Under the pieces are notes generated by a model. The model was given only the letters and a program-made list of their open reading frames with translations. It was not told the DNA's origin and made no database searches. Positions 1 through 13,984 of a DNA stretch of 64,000 nucleotides are shown here, in pieces (positions within the stretch are counted from its first letter, which is position 1; each line of letters begins with the position of its first letter). Location of the stretch: assembly GCA_964016885.1 (NCBI GenBank), contig OZ024761.1, positions 12,338,001-12,402,000 on the forward strand, written 5' to 3'. The position numbers were made by a program, and so were the translations under genes. The DNA is from Eledone cirrhosa. Lineage: Eukaryota.

Positions 1-149
1 AACAGCTGTGTATATATAACTAGTGGATTGTTAAACACATGCCTAGAGATAAAAAGGTATTAACATGCGAGAGAATTCAATTATTATGTCATTAGTGAGA
101 AACATCCTTCTTGTAAGAAGTGTATATATAGAATAGATTAAGGTGCTAC

Positions 150-290
150 TGCGTTGAACGGGTGTAAGGCTGTGGGCTGATGCGTCACTCTGTTGGAAAC
201 GTGGTGGTCCCATCTGCTGTTTTAGATGGTCCTCAGGGCTCTGCTATCGAAGCTGTCAATCGTCTTTGTGAGGGGCCATGTTTCCACAAT
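150..290 (-). mobile_element. Decayed RTE-clade LINE fragment (post-RT region)
   Basis: Minus-strand translation ETWPLTKTIDSFDSRALRTI*NSRWDHHVSNR resembles the RTE motif YGxETWxL...DxFD.R.LR.I....W.D.VSN. Confidence 0.6.
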
Positions 291-2574
291 TAATATGTAG
301 TTAAATATACTTCAAGATGGTAACATAGCCTTAGACAGATCTATATATGTAATAGTTAGTGTCGATTTGAGTAATCTTAAGACCATGATTCCAATCATCA
401 ATATATGTATTGATGAAACCTAAATATAGTCTGTTCTAGGCTTCTCACCAGTTTCTTTGGAATTAAGTGTCTGAGAGTATAGGACGCTGAGTGTACTGGA
501 GAAATGTGAAATGGTTTTAAAGACTTACATACAGAACTTCCAAGCTGTGAGAGTTACATGTATGTATGGACCCATAACTCCTGAGGGAGGCAACGCATTG
601 ACCTACAGTGTTTCTAGGGCTCTTTTAAAAACCTGGCAGAGCCCAGGTCTGAATACAGCGGATTTCTTCTAGAGAAGTATAGAGGAAGAATCAACCCCGA
701 ATGGATGAAAGGCAAAGTTGGCCTTGATGGGATTTGAATTCAGACAGCTGAAATGAAGGCATTCTATCTGTTACATTTATATATACATACTTTCTTTGTC
801 TAATAAACAAAACTAAATCTTCTCTAGACACACACATAAAGTTACATTTATATAAACGTTCTTCTGTACAAAAACGAGGGTCAACTGAAAAGCTCATAGG
901 CTGACTATGAAGGAGTGAAATCTTGCATGCATTAATTTCAACCCTCCTTACTAATAACTGCATTGTTTCTTTCCATTTGGTCAGTCAGCCCTCTTACATA
1001 GATACTTCTGATTCTCTTTTTTACTAAGAAACAGAATTAAACCTTCTCTACACAGGAAAATACTACTGCCATCTTCAAAGGAATGTAAATAAACTTCCTT
1101 ATCTAGCGACGAACATGTGAAATAAACCAAACTTTTGCTTTTTCATTTCTTCTAAGAAACAAGATAGCTAACTCCAATAAGTGTGTATACAAAAAAAATG
1201 TCTACACACTTCAGGAAAAGAAAAATTTGTATAAATATATATTTAGCACCCATCCACCATCTTTGGAATAACAGGAGTTGAATAAATACCATGTCGTTGC
1301 CGACTGCATGGTGTCCAACAGGTTGTGATACTGAATTACTATATGAATATATCCCACTCAATGTATGAGGAAAACACAACAGGTTTATATTAATGCTAAA
1401 AATAGCAACCAAAATCAGCTCAGTATAGATGCCCTTGCTTTGGATGACTTCGGCACATAAAGTCACCATAATATTGAACAGTTTTGGAGTGATAATATTC
1501 CACTCTTCCTCATTTGGTCATTCCATGAGAATATCTTGGTCAATCAACCCTCATACATATATAAACTTAATCTTTCTTCTGCTTTACTTTTTTACTGAGA
1601 AACAAAACTAAACTTTCACTACACAGGAAGATACTACTCCCATCTTTGAAGGAGTGTAAATAAACTGTCTGGTCTAAAGACGAAAAAAATGTGAAATAAA
1701 AGAATTAAATAAACCAAACTTTTGCTTTTTCATTTCTTCTAAAGGACATGACAGCCTCCTAGTGCTGGTGGTCTACACAATAAAAACAACCACTGAATGC
1801 TGTAAAGTGGTGGGTGTTCGGAAGGACAAGCAATTGTAGAAAACTTGCCAAACAAGGGGTTAGGGAGATCTTTCAGTTTGTGTCAAGAGATATGACAACT
1901 TCTCTGCACTCAAAATGACCATATGTAAGCGAGATACAGAACCCTTGGCTTGTCTGGGAGGTCAGTAGCCCTTCTTCAGTATTGAGTTGGTGTATGTAGA
2001 CCTCTGGAAGGTCAGTAGCCCTTTTTCAGTACAGAGTTGGTCTATGTAGAACCCTTGGCCTGTGTGGGAGGTCAGTACTGACTTGGTTTATGTAGATATG
2101 TCTAACCTTTACTAGCGGGTGTTAAATGATATATATAAAAAAGAGGTTTAAAGGATCCTTCAGTTGTGCCTCAGTACAGCAACCTCCCTAGTGTTGGTGA
2201 TCTATACGATAAACGCACCCAGTACATGCTGTAAAATGGTCAGTGATAGAAGGGGCAACCAGCAGTAGAAAGCTTGCCAAAGAAAGGGCTGGGAGGACTC
2301 TTCAGTTGTGTCAAAGACATGACAAGCTCTCCTGTACACTCAGTAGAATGTGAAAGTGTACGTAAGTGAGATACAGATCAGTAGCCCCACTTTAGTACTG
2401 ACTTGGTCTATGTATACCTGTCCAAAGCTTGCTATCACAAAACAATGATGATAAAGATATATATATACCGCCAGAGCTGTCTTACTCTATTTTACCTTTT
2501 CTAAGTCATTCTTCTTTGTCTGTAAGTTGAACTGCAGTCCATATTGTTCTCTTCTATTTCTCTCATTTCACTGT

Positions 2575-3752
2575 ATTAGATTTTCTATAAAATGTATTTC
2601 TAACAGCCGCAGCTAATTTTGAGACACAAAAATACATTTTTCTATATACAGGAATAAATCTACATACACACACAAAGCTAGATTTATATATATATATAAA
2701 CCTTCTTTACTATATGCATTCTCCTAAGGATAAAAAAACCCTTCTAGACACACACTTATCTCTATATATACATATGTTTGAAGAGGTATGTAATGTTTTA
2801 TTTGCCGTGTCCTAAATTCATTGCCAAACACTGGCAGATATTGAGAAGGAAAAAAAAAACATTTTACTATATTCTATATACAAGAAGAATTTTGTAGACG
2901 TACATATATATAAAGCTACATTTATATATAGATATTCTTTATTGTATACACCTTTTATTGAAGAACGAAACCCCCTATATATACATACATCTTCTAAGAA
3001 ACAAATCTTCTCTCTACATATACTAATATTTATATATACATGTTTATTTTCCTTCTTGTACTTTTTCATTCACTAGACATACTTTCTTTTGAGATAAATG
3101 AAAAAAGCAAACCTCTCTATACACACATAGAGCTACATTTTATTATCCTATCTATATCATCATTTTTAAGTCGGGTTGGTTTGTCATCTGTGAATCTCAG
3201 CAATTTGAGATCACCGCCACCAGGTCTACCTGGCATTTCTTTACCAACTCAAGCCTAGTTATGTAACTGTGTGCTTAGAAGTTTAGCATTTCTTTCTCTA
3301 GACAGTATTGATGTTATGTTAGAGCTGTGTAATCTTGCATGTATTAATTTCAATTGTTTTTTTATATTGATTGATATCTACTTTGTTTCTTTCCAGAGGA
3401 TGTTGAAGAAGTAAACCTGATTTGGTCATTCCGTCCATCTTTCATTTTATGTAACACTTTCTTTCTGTGGGGTGCCCCTTTCATTTTAGGTAGCACTTAC
3501 TTTCTGTGGGGGTGCTTTTTTCTGGTTGCCTTCACTACAGTTTAACCCTTTAGCATTCTCACACCTCGTTCTGTTCAAACTGGCTGCTTATACCAGCATT
3601 AAGGTATTGTTCTCAAAATATATAATAACATCATCAAAATCTCGTAGATTCGATATTATGTGAGATAAAGCCTTTAGCACAAAAATACTGCAAAAAAAAT
3701 AGTAAATATAGAGAAATGTAAATGATAAAGAGTTAAGGAACCCATGTGTACC

Positions 3753-3800
<48 letters not shown>

Positions 3801-4415
3801 GTAAGGAGGTCAAAAGAAGATGACAAACAAACTCGACTTAAACATGATGATATAGATAGGATAATAAAATGTAGCTCTATGTATGTGTATAGAAAGAAGG
3901 TTTGCTTCTTTTTTTTTTATCTCAAAAGAAATTATGTGTCTAATGATTGAAGAAGGAAAATAAAATGTTTTGGTATCTCCGCTTGTATATATAAATATTG
4001 GTATATGTAGAGTTTTGTTTCTTAGAAGATGTATACAGTAAAGAATGTCTATATATAAATATAGCTTTATATATATGTACGTCTACAAAATTCTTCTTGT
4101 GTATAGAATATAGTAAAATGTTGGTATTTTTTTTTCAATAATATCTGCCAGTGTTTAGCAATGAATTTAAGACACGACAAATAAAACATTACATACCTCT
4201 TCAAACATATGTATATATAGAGATAAGTGTGTGTCTAGAAGGGTTTTTTTATCCTTAGGAGAATGCATATAGTAAAGAAGGTTTATATATATATATATCT
4301 AGCTTTGTATGTGTATGTAAAGTTATTCCTCCGTATAGAAAAACGTATTTTTGTGTCTCAAAAGTATCGGGGGGGGGGGGGGGGGGGCTAGAAATAAATT
4401 TTATAGAAAGCCTAA
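2575..4415. repeat. Long inverted repeat pair (about 2575-3155 vs about 3850-4415)
   Basis: For example ccttctttactatatgcattctcctaaggataaaaaaacccttctagacacacacttatctc (2701-2762) vs its reverse complement at about 4219-4282; related sub-repeats at 660-1745. Confidence 0.8.
3542..3736. mobile_element. TTAA-flanked MITE (piggyBac-type termini)
   Basis: TTAA ccctttagcatt ... aatgataaagag TTAA; copies at 24140-24441 and 55595-56012. Confidence 0.65.
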
Positions 4416-4544
4416 TATATGGCAAATAAAACATTATATACTTCTTTACGCGAACAGAATATCCATCACGATTTTGTCAAGGTACCGGTGTAAATCGAAT
4501 GATGTCACTAGTTCAGTTGAATAAAGTAGAATGACAATATAAAA

Positions 4545-4856
4545 AGAGAGACTTTTGAGGCTGTCCGGTTACAGTTGTTAGCTGCTGAGACACTGCATCC
4601 TTTAAAACCTCCATGGAACAAACTACCTGCATCAGTTGTTAGTTGCTGAGACACTGCATCCTTTAAAACTTCCATGCTTCCTGAGATTCGCCAACACTGC
4701 ACCTAATATTCCCCCCTTCATACACATATATTTTATGACTCGTACACTCTTCATTTTCCTGACATTTGAACATTATTCTATGTACTATACATGCACCTTT
4801 GATGAGTTGTAGTGCACCTGAGCACTGTACACAATAATTTCATTATTATTATTATT
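4545..4856 (+). mobile_element. CR1/L2-like LINE 3' end with (ATT)n tail
   Basis: WNKLPASVVSC*DTASFKTSMLPEIRQH matches the WNxLP..VV......FK terminus; internal duplication of about 65 bp; the tail recurs at 24593-24655. Confidence 0.55.
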
Positions 4857-4949
4857 ATATATAGAAGCAATCAAGGAGATGAAGAATGGTAAAACCATCG
4901 GCAGAAATAGTAAGACGGGACTATGCAGTAAAACAGAAGACACTCCTTC

Positions 4950-5600
4950 ACTATGTACAAAGTTAAAGCTACAGTCAGTAGGCACCTGTTAACCAAATAT
5001 ACACCCCAACCCACTATCCCTATTCCATCCTTCCACCCCTACCAACACCACCCTTTCTCTATAGAGTTGTGTTGGTACCACAGAACATCCAGTCCACACT
5101 GTAAAGTGGTCCTGTAGGTGTCACAACAAAAAGCACCCAGTCCACACTGTAAAGTGGTTGTGTAGGTGTCACGACAAAAAGCACCCAGTCCACACTGTAA
5201 AGTGGTCCTGTAGGTGTCACAACAAAAAGCATCCAGTCCACACTGTAAAGTGGTCGTGTAGGTGTCACGACCAAAAGCACCCAGTCCACACTGTAAAGTG
5301 GTCATGTAGGTGTCACGACAAAAAGCACCCAGTCCACACTGTAAAGTGGTCATGTAGGTGTCACGACAAAAAGCACCCAGTCCACACTGTAAATGTGGTC
5401 GTGTAGGAGACACGGTAAAAAGGCTCCCAGTCCACACTGTAAATGTGGTTGGTGTTAGGAAGGGCATCCAGTTATAGAAAACCTGCCAGATACAGTCCTA
5501 AACGAGCGAGACACGGTCACCCGAGCAATTTTGCCTCAAGTGGGACAATTCCCATCTAACCCATGCTAGTGTGAAAGATAGACATTAAATGATGATGATG
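4950..5600 (+). mobile_element. SINE/RTE-tail-like family C element with an internal 48-bp tandem array (5089-5450, about 7-8 copies) and (ATG)n tail
   Basis: cacactgtaaagtggttggtgttaggaagggcatccag...catgctag...ttaaatgatgatg. Related copies at 1740-2450, 6810-7195 (-), 7535-7820 (-), 24815-25095 (-), 25300-25485 and 58155-58655. Confidence 0.7.
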
Positions 5601-5913
5601 TGAGAGAGCAGACCCAATGACTGGCATAGCAGTACAAGGGTAAAGATGATGCTCTAGAATGGCTTAGGCCACAGCAGAGGAGTTGAATACTGGCTGTCCA
5701 CTGAAACATCTCTTTCGATTATGGATTCAAAACGAAAGTGCTCAATTTAACCATAATAAACAAATATTTCAACTCTACTTCTGTATTGAGTACTTTTTTC
5801 TCTCGTCCATCAACTACATACGGATATATATATATATATAAATGTATATATATATATAAATGGAAAAAATGAAACGAAATTTCATTTCTCACTCTTAGTA
5901 CGGCTGTTACTTA

Positions 5914-5960
<47 letters not shown>

Positions 5961-6191
5961 GATAATAATGGAGCTGCGGCGCTGCAAATGGGTTACATAT
6001 GAAAAAGTTTGTCCTCATCAGTGGCCTTCCAACCGTCGTAGGCATTTCGTCGCATTAAAGGCCATATACCTCAGGTTGGTGCGAGCAACGGCTAAAAAAA
6101 GTCGTTGGGACACGTAAATAAAGGGGACGCTAGGGTAAACAAACAAAATGGTTTAAGCAACAGAAAGTGATGAAGAAGAAAGAAACAAGTC

Positions 6192-6237
<46 letters not shown>

Positions 6238-6242
<5 letters not shown>

Positions 6243-6425
6243 AACCAGTAAGACCCCGACAGCTGAGCTCAAGCCGTTTCGACGGCTAATTCTGGAATTA
6301 GCCGTCGAAACGGCTTGAGCTCAGCTGTCGGGGTCTTACTGGTTCCTATTACCCACTCTACTACCTCAAGTATTGAGTACTTTGGTGCGTTATGGTCCAC
6401 CTGGTTCCTTACCACATTTCCTTCG

Positions 6426-6430
<5 letters not shown>
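6238..6430. repeat. Fold-back palindromic element in (TA)n (family copy 1)
   Basis: ggaaccagtaagaccccgacagctgagctcaagccgtttcgacggctaattc-tg-gaattagccgtcgaaacggcttgagctcagctgtcggggtcttactggttcc, plus a unique right extension. Confidence 0.85.
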
Positions 6431-6476
<46 letters not shown>

Positions 6477-6684
6477 CATGTACATATATATATATATATA
6501 CAGATTTATATATATATACATGTACATATAGATATAGAAACAGATTTATATATATACACATAAACATACATATATATATATATTTATATATAGTTATAAC
6601 AAATACAAGCTAGTCACAATTTTAGCCCAGTTTTGATTGAAAACACTTTGAAAATAACAAGAAGAGAAGACTGTATATGCACAG

Positions 6685-6782
6685 GTGTAGTAGAAGAGGT
6701 TGATAGTTTCTGCTACCTAGGTAGCAGCAGAAGAAAGGGCTCCGTGAGTTAGGATGAGATGGAAGAAGTTTAGAGACCTACA
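6685..6782 (+). mobile_element. Decayed RTE LINE fragment
   Basis: VEEVDSFCYLG ... RWKKFRDL (RT thumb region), internally deleted. Confidence 0.55.
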
Positions 6783-7245
6783 TTCTATAGTTTTATATAT
6801 ATATATATCATCATCATCATCGTTTAACGTCCATCTTCCACGCTAGCATGGGTTTAGAAGGGAGTTGTCCCACTTGAGGCCAGATTAGTTGGGTGACCGT
6901 GTCTCGCTTGTGTAGGACTGACTGGCAGGTTTTCTACGGCTGGATGCCCTTCGTAACACCAACCACATTTACAGTGTGGACTGGGAGCCTTTTTACCGTG
7001 TTACCTACACGCCCACATAACAGCGTGGACTGTGTATTTTGTTGTTGTGACACCTACACGACCTCATTTATGGATGTTGTGGTACCAACATAACTTTACA
7101 GAGGAAGGGTGGTGTTGGTGGGGGTGGGGGTAGTGGGATGGGGTATATATTTGGTTAAGAGGTGCCTACTGACTGTAGGCTTCGCTTTGTACATATATAT
7201 ATATACATATATACATCTACAGGTATATACCTTAGTTATATATAG

Positions 7246-7470
7246 TCAAAAGTAACACAGAGGAGACTGAGGTTAGCTGGACATGCTCACCGATATTCAG
7301 AGTTGACACTGCACTCAGTGCTCCTGTGGGAGCCCCTGCATGGACACACTATAAGAGGGCGACTGAGGTTGCCATATGTTGATAGCCTAAGGACAGACAC
7401 CGGTCTCTTGGAGACGCAGGACATGACAGGATGATGAGGGACAGAGACCGCTGGAGAGAACTCATCCAAG
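7246..7470 (+). mobile_element. Decayed RTE/RTEX LINE 3' coding end
   Basis: SKVTQRRLRLAGHAHRYSELTLHSVLLWEPLHGHTIRGRLRLPYVDSLRTDTGL..., then a frameshift to MMRDRDRWRELI; typical RTE-type C-terminus. Confidence 0.7.
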
Positions 7471-7940
7471 GATCTCAAAAATTTTACCCGCCCTAGATAT
7501 ATATACATATAGTGCTATGTACCTTGGAGTATATCATCATCATCATCATCATCACCGCTTTATGTCCATTTTTCCACACTAGCATGAGTTGGACGGCTTG
7601 TCCTGTTGTGGGCAATGCCAGGTCAGGTGACCCTGTCTTGATCATATGGGAACTGATTCTGGCTTGATTTCTACAGCTGGATGCCCTTCCTAACACCAAC
7701 CTCATTTACAGTGAGTGCTGGGTCCTTTTTTGCCGTGGCGCTTACACATCCAATTTACAGTCTGGGCTGGGTGCTTTTTTGCCGTGGCACCTCCACGACC
7801 ACTTTGCAGTGGAATGATAGGGACTGAGTAAACTGGAGCAATGTGAAATAAAGTGTCTTGCTCAAGGAAACAACACATCACCCGGTTTGAGAATTGAACT
7901 CACAACCTTTCGATTGCAAGCCAATGCTCTAACCACTAAG

Positions 7941-7974
<34 letters not shown>

Positions 7975-7977
7975 CTC

Positions 7978-8033
<56 letters not shown>

Positions 8034-8267
8034 AGGTATGTATATATTACTCCCTTATATATATTTCGTTTCTGAATTTGTTTAGCAAGATTCTTTATCT
8101 GAAATCGTGTGTTGAAACCGATATTGTTATACTTTGGGAGGGTCATGTTGCCAATAAGAAACACACGCACCAGTTGCTTTCACTTCAATTTAATTTATTA
8201 TATATTTATAAATTTACAAATTTATAAATTTCTGGTTGGTTGGTTGGTTCCACAACCAGATAGTTGT

Positions 8268-8698
8268 GCAAGACATACCCGTTGTTCAAGACATACCCGT
8301 TCCGAAGACCCTCATGTATAGATAAGAAATGTATAACCTGTAAAATAAGCCCCCATATTAACTGTAAAACTAGAAATGTAGTATATAGCATAAGATGTAC
8401 TGAAGGACAATGTAGAAACAAAAATATAGTGTACATAGGTGAGACAGCTCGTAGTATAGGGGAACGAATAAATGAACACTGGCGAGACCTCCAAGATAAT
8501 AAAGAATCATCTGTGCTCTACCAACATGCTAAGATAGAACACAGGGGTAAATTAGAGAGCATAGAAATAAAAATAGAATCCACACACAAGAAAGACGCAA
8601 TGTTTAGGCAAATTACAGAGGCAGTAAGCATAAAAGAATTAAAACCAAAATTAAATAGAAAATATGAGTGGAACAGCAACATCACAACTTACAATTAA
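8268..8698 (+). pseudogene. GIY-YIG endonuclease domain (C-terminus of a Penelope-like ORF); RT absent
   Basis: NCKTRNVVYSIRC..C...VYIGETARSIGERINEH...LYQH...H...ITEAVSIKELKPKLN shows the GIY-YIG motifs with CCHH residues and a Cys-rich linker (CIDKKCITC). Confidence 0.85.
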
Positions 8699-9003
8699 GG
8701 ACAAAATGAAAACACACACACACATAGAACAAACAACTTACAATTGAAAACACACACAAAATGAAAACACACACAAGACAAAATGAAAACACACACACAC
8801 ATAGAACAAACAACCAACCAACAATAAATAAATAAATAAACAAACAAATAGAAAAATATAAATAGAAAAATAGAAAAATGAACACAAACACACACAGACA
8901 CCCGGATGTGGCGCATGCGCAAACTGAGCACGCAACCCACACACAAACAAAATGGCGTAGGATAGAAGAAAGGAAAGGCACAGAAACGAAGAAAGAAATC
9001 CCC

Positions 9004-9048
9004 AGTCACTGAAGAGGTCACAGAGTGTGTGACGAAAGAACTATGACT
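9004..9048 (+). ncRNA. Minimal type I hammerhead ribozyme in the Penelope pseudo-LTR
   Basis: agtca CTGAAGA g gtcaca-gagtg-tgtgac GAAA g-aa-c TA tgact: stem I agtca/tgact, 6-bp stem II, 2-bp stem III, CUA cleavage triplet. Confidence 0.75.
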
Positions 9049-9199
9049 ATATATATATAAACAACTATCTGGTTGTGGAACCAACCAACCAACCAGAAAT
9101 TTATAAATTTGTAAATTTATAAATATATAATAAATTAAATTGAAGTGAAAGCAACTGGTGCGTGTGTTTCTTATTGGCAACATGACCCTCCCAAAGTAT

Positions 9200-9257
<58 letters not shown>

Positions 9258-9325
9258 AGGTATGTATATATTACTCCCTTATATATATATATATATATAT
9301 CTGTATATGTATGTATATATTACTC

Positions 9326-9375
<50 letters not shown>

Positions 9376-9398
9376 GTATATGTATGTATATATTACTC

Positions 9399-9488
<90 letters not shown>

Positions 9489-9511
9489 GTATATGTATGT
9501 ATATATTACTC

Positions 9512-9573
<62 letters not shown>

Positions 9574-11045
9574 GTATATGTATGTATATATTACTCCCTT
9601 ATATATATATATATACGTTATTCCGGGTTGAGTCGGAGGTAACCGCAGTAAGTAAGGTACTCAATACATTGCAGATTATAAAAGTTTTAATATAGATGAG
9701 ATTCTACAGGACTAGAACTGTTTCATTCTTTAGAAATCATCAGGAATCTGGGTATCAAAAAATAAATATGGTATTTATAGGTCTCTTCAGGTGGTAGGAG
9801 AGGGTGGGGAGTGGGATGGGTGGAGGTCATTGGTTGATAGAAAAGGGAATTCATTAAAAGCTAATTCTTCAAAGCTATAGTTTATATTTAGAGTAACAAA
9901 GGCAGAAAGAATTCTATAAACAAGTTCAGGATGGGGTGCCACTCCTTATATATATATATATATATGTATATGTATGTATATATTACTCCCTTATATATAT
10001 ATATATATATTTATTATTTTTAAATTTTCTCCTTCCTTGTATTTTGATCATGCTTTATTTTTATTTATTATATTTTTTGTCTTTATTTGTTAATTTTTCA
10101 TTCGCACCGTTTCCTTTCGCTATATGTCTCTCCATCACTCCCCTACACACCTTTTGAACTCTGTTCCCACACACTTCTCACCCGAAGAAGGGTTTATTCC
10201 CGAAACGTCGTCCCCCGCCTACCCCCCACTCTACTGAGCGTGAATTTAATAAACATTTATCGTACTGCCTCTCTGTTCTGTCCCTGTTCAATTTTTCATT
10301 ATATATATATATATATATATATACGATATTAAATAAATGGAAACTATATTTATAAAACCATATTTATTTCATTATATATATTTCAGGGATATCATATTAA
10401 AAATATGGTATGCCTTCTTCAGACAAAATACAATATAAACAGTCTTATAAATAGATAGATTTGACATACCTTTCAACTTCAACTTCCATTTAAAAAGTTG
10501 ATTTGGTAGTGAAAAATGTTAGGGACAGTTATAAAAAGAAAGAAAGAAAAAAGCGAAGAAAAAGAAGAAATGCATGCAACTAAATAGAGAGAGATAGATA
10601 TAGAGAGATAGATAGAGAGAAGAAATTCATGTAAAGAAACAGAGAGAGATATATAGAGAGAGGAAAAAAACACAGAGGGAGATAGATAGAGAGAGAGAGA
10701 GAAGAGAGAGAGAGAGAAAAAATAGAGAGAGATAGATATAGATAGAGATAGAGAGAAAGAAAATAGGTAGTTGGGCACCAGTTGAATGACGTATCAATGA
10801 TATATTTATTTATTTATTTAGTTCTAGTATTAATGTAGAGAGAGATATATGTGGTTAGGAGAGAAAACAGCCGTTACATAGAGAGAAAAGAAAAATATCC
10901 AGACATAAACGAGGCAGATTTAAAACATTATGTTTCATCAATGTCAAAAATATCAATTCGTATGAATTAGGTATTATAATGTAAATATCAGTATTCATGA
11001 ATGAGACACGTATCAATAATGTGTGAAAAATAATGATCATATGTC

Positions 11046-11193
11046 TAGTTTAAAATTCATAGGTTTATATCAGAGTTGAGATAAAAACTGATAAAAACTT
11101 TTTTATCTCAGTTTTTTATCTCAGTTTTTTATCTCAGTTTTTTTTATCTCAGTTTTAACTCAACTCTGATATAAACCTATGAATTTTAAACTA
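11046..11193. mobile_element. MITE-like inverted repeat (35-bp arms) with internal short tandem units
   Basis: tagtttaaaattcataggtttatatcagagttgag / ctcaactctgatataaacctatgaattttaaacta. Confidence 0.65.
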
Positions 11194-12960
11194 TGGTATG
11201 ATATGCCATGTTGGATGGTATGATATGCCATGTCGGATGGTATGATATGCCATGTTGGATGGTATGATATGCCATGTTGGATGGTATGATATGCCATGTT
11301 GGATGGTATGATATGGTATGTTGGATGGTATGATATGGCATGTTGGATGGTATGATATGCCATGTTGGATGGTATGATATGCCATGTTGGATGGTATGAT
11401 ATGGTATATTGGATGGTATGATATGCCATGTTGGATGGTATGATATGGTATGTTGGTTGGTATGATATGCCATGTTGGATGGTATGATATGCCATGTTGG
11501 ATGGTATGATATGACATATTGGATGGTATGATATGGCATGTTGGATGGTATGATATGCCATGTTGGATGGTATGATATGGCATGTTGGATGGTATGATAT
11601 GGTATGTTGGATGGTATGATATGCCATGTTGGTTGGTATGATATGCCATGTTGGATGGTATGATATGGTATGTTGGATGGTATGATATGCCATGTTGGAT
11701 GGTATGATATGACATATTGGATGGTATGATATGGCATGTTGGTTGGTATGATATGCCATGTTGGATGGTATGATATGCCATGTTGGATGGTATGATATGG
11801 TATGTTGGTTGGTATGATATGGCATGTTGGATGGTATGATATGGTATGTTGGATGGTATGATATGCCATGTTGGATGGTATGATATGGTATGTTGGATGG
11901 TATGATATGCCATGTTGGTTGGTATGATATGCCATGTTGGATGGTATGATATGCCATGTTGGATGGTATGATATGGCATGTTGGATGGTATGATATGGTA
12001 TGTTGGATGGTATGATATGCCATGTTGGTTGGTATGATATGCCATGTTGGATGGTATGATATGGTATGTTGGATGGTATGATATGGCATGTTGGATGGTA
12101 TGATATGCCATGTTGGATGGTATGATATGGCATGTTGGATGGTATGATATGCCATGTTGGATGGTATGATATGGCATGTTGGATGGTATGATATGGCATA
12201 TTGGATGGTATGATATGGCATGTTGGATGGTATGATATGCCATGTTGGATGGTATGATATGGTATGTTGGATGGTATGATATGGTATGTTGGATGGTATG
12301 ATATGGCATATTGGATGGTATGATATGGCATGTTGGATGGTATGATATGCCATGTTGGATGGTATGATATGGCATATTGGATGGTATGATATGGCATGTT
12401 GGATGGTATGATATGGCATATTGGATGGTATGATATGGTATGTTGGATGGTATGATATGGCATGTTGGATGGTATGATATGCCATGTTGGTTGGTATGAT
12501 ATGGCATGTTGGTTGGTATGATATGGTATGTTGGATGGTATGATATGGTATGTTGGATGGTATGATATGGCATATTGGATGGTATGATATGGCATGTTGG
12601 ATGGTATGATATGCCATGTTGGATGGTATGATATGGCATATTGGATGGTATGATATGGCATGTTGGATGGTATGATATGGTATGTTGGTTGGTATGATAT
12701 GCCATGTTGGTTGGTATGATATGGCATGTTGGTTGGTATGATATGGCATATTGGATGGTATGATATGCCATGTTGGATGGTATGATATGGCATGTTGGTT
12801 GGTATGATATGGTATGTTGGATGGTATGATATGCCATGTTGGTTGGTATGATATGCCATGTTGGATGGTATGATATGCCATGTTGGATGGTATGATATGG
12901 TATGTTGGATGATATGATATGCCATGTTGGATGGTATGATATGCCATGCTGGATGGTATG
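11193..12960. repeat. 22-bp minisatellite, about 80 copies
   Basis: Unit tggtatgatatg(cc/gc/gt)at(g/a)ttgg(a/t); accounts for the three overlapping ~600-aa minus-strand ORFs. Confidence 0.95.
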
Positions 12961-13084
12961 GCATGACATCTTCAATGGTAAAGCCAGTATCTAGGACTAC
13001 ATATATATACATATAAATAGGTATATTAAGATAGTGTTTGACAGAAAACAAGATGGTTCTTACATAAAATAATGGTTTCTTATA

Positions 13085-13487
13085 TAGGCACAAGGCCAGC
13101 GATTTTGAAGGAGGGAAAAGTCGATTAAATCGACCCCAGTGCGTGACTGGTACTTTATTTTATCGACCACTTAAGGATGAAAGGCAAAGTTAACCTCAGT
13201 GGGATTTGAACTCACATCCTGAAGGGCTGTAACTCTATGCTGCAAAGCATGGTGTCTGACCCTCTACCAATACTGCCAATCCACCACCCTCTAGAGTTTC
13301 TTTCTACTTTTGACACAAGGCCAGCGATTACCCCAGTGCATCACTGGTACTTTATTTTATTGACCCCGTAAGGATGAAAGGCAAAGTTAACCTTGGCAAA
13401 TTTGAACTCAGAACACAAAGGACTGTAACTCAATGCTACAAAGCATGGCGTCCGACCCTCTACCGATACTGCCAATCCACCGCCCTT
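13085..13487 (-). mobile_element. Two tandem SINE family A copies
   Basis: Reverse complement of the 58745 consensus, present twice. Confidence 0.8.
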
Positions 13488-13984
13488 ACATAAAATAATG
13501 ATGAAAGGTTTTTAATTTCAATGTAAAGACAGACCTTGATATGTGAGATATTATCTAATATATAAACTGAGGTTAACTCAGTTGAGTTGAAATGGAAAGA
13601 ATTATTGCTACTTACTTGTGAGATATTGCAATATTGTGGTTAGTTTCATTATTGTAGGACTTGGTGGAGTAACCAAAATGCTCTGTCAACTCATGTACAA
13701 CCTTACGGTGTTCTCGATTCATTTGGTGAAAAGGAATGACTCCGATAGTTCTGTTTCATATGAAGAAGGAAGAAAAAGAAACCTTCAGAAGGTGCATTGA
13801 ACAAAATGGGATATTTCTACAATGTAACTAGTGCCAAGTTGAACCAGCCTTTGCCTTTCCCTTGGACAACATCATATATAGTGTAAATATAGTGTGTTTA
13901 GTACAGGGTAGTTGTGGATTCCTAGGTATTTGGTTTTAGGAAATGAAAAGGACAAAAAAAACAAAAAACATTATATATATAACA

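Larger units (their letters stand above)
8066..9207 (+). mobile_element. 5'-truncated Penelope-like retroelement with inverted partial pseudo-LTR
   Basis: GIY-YIG endonuclease ORF, then a 3' region with a hammerhead motif. 8122-8267 is the reverse complement of 9061-9207 (typical PLE 5' inversion). Embedded in (TA)n. Confidence 0.85.

Noticed and set aside
6005-6065. Type II hammerhead (GAAA upstream of CTGATGA on the minus strand)
   Set aside because: Stems I and II do not pair.
11160-13093. Three ~600-aa ORFs (YHTIQH/HIIPSN repeats)
   Set aside because: Translations of a 22-bp minisatellite that lacks stops on one strand; the unit is not a multiple of 3 and there is no unique domain.
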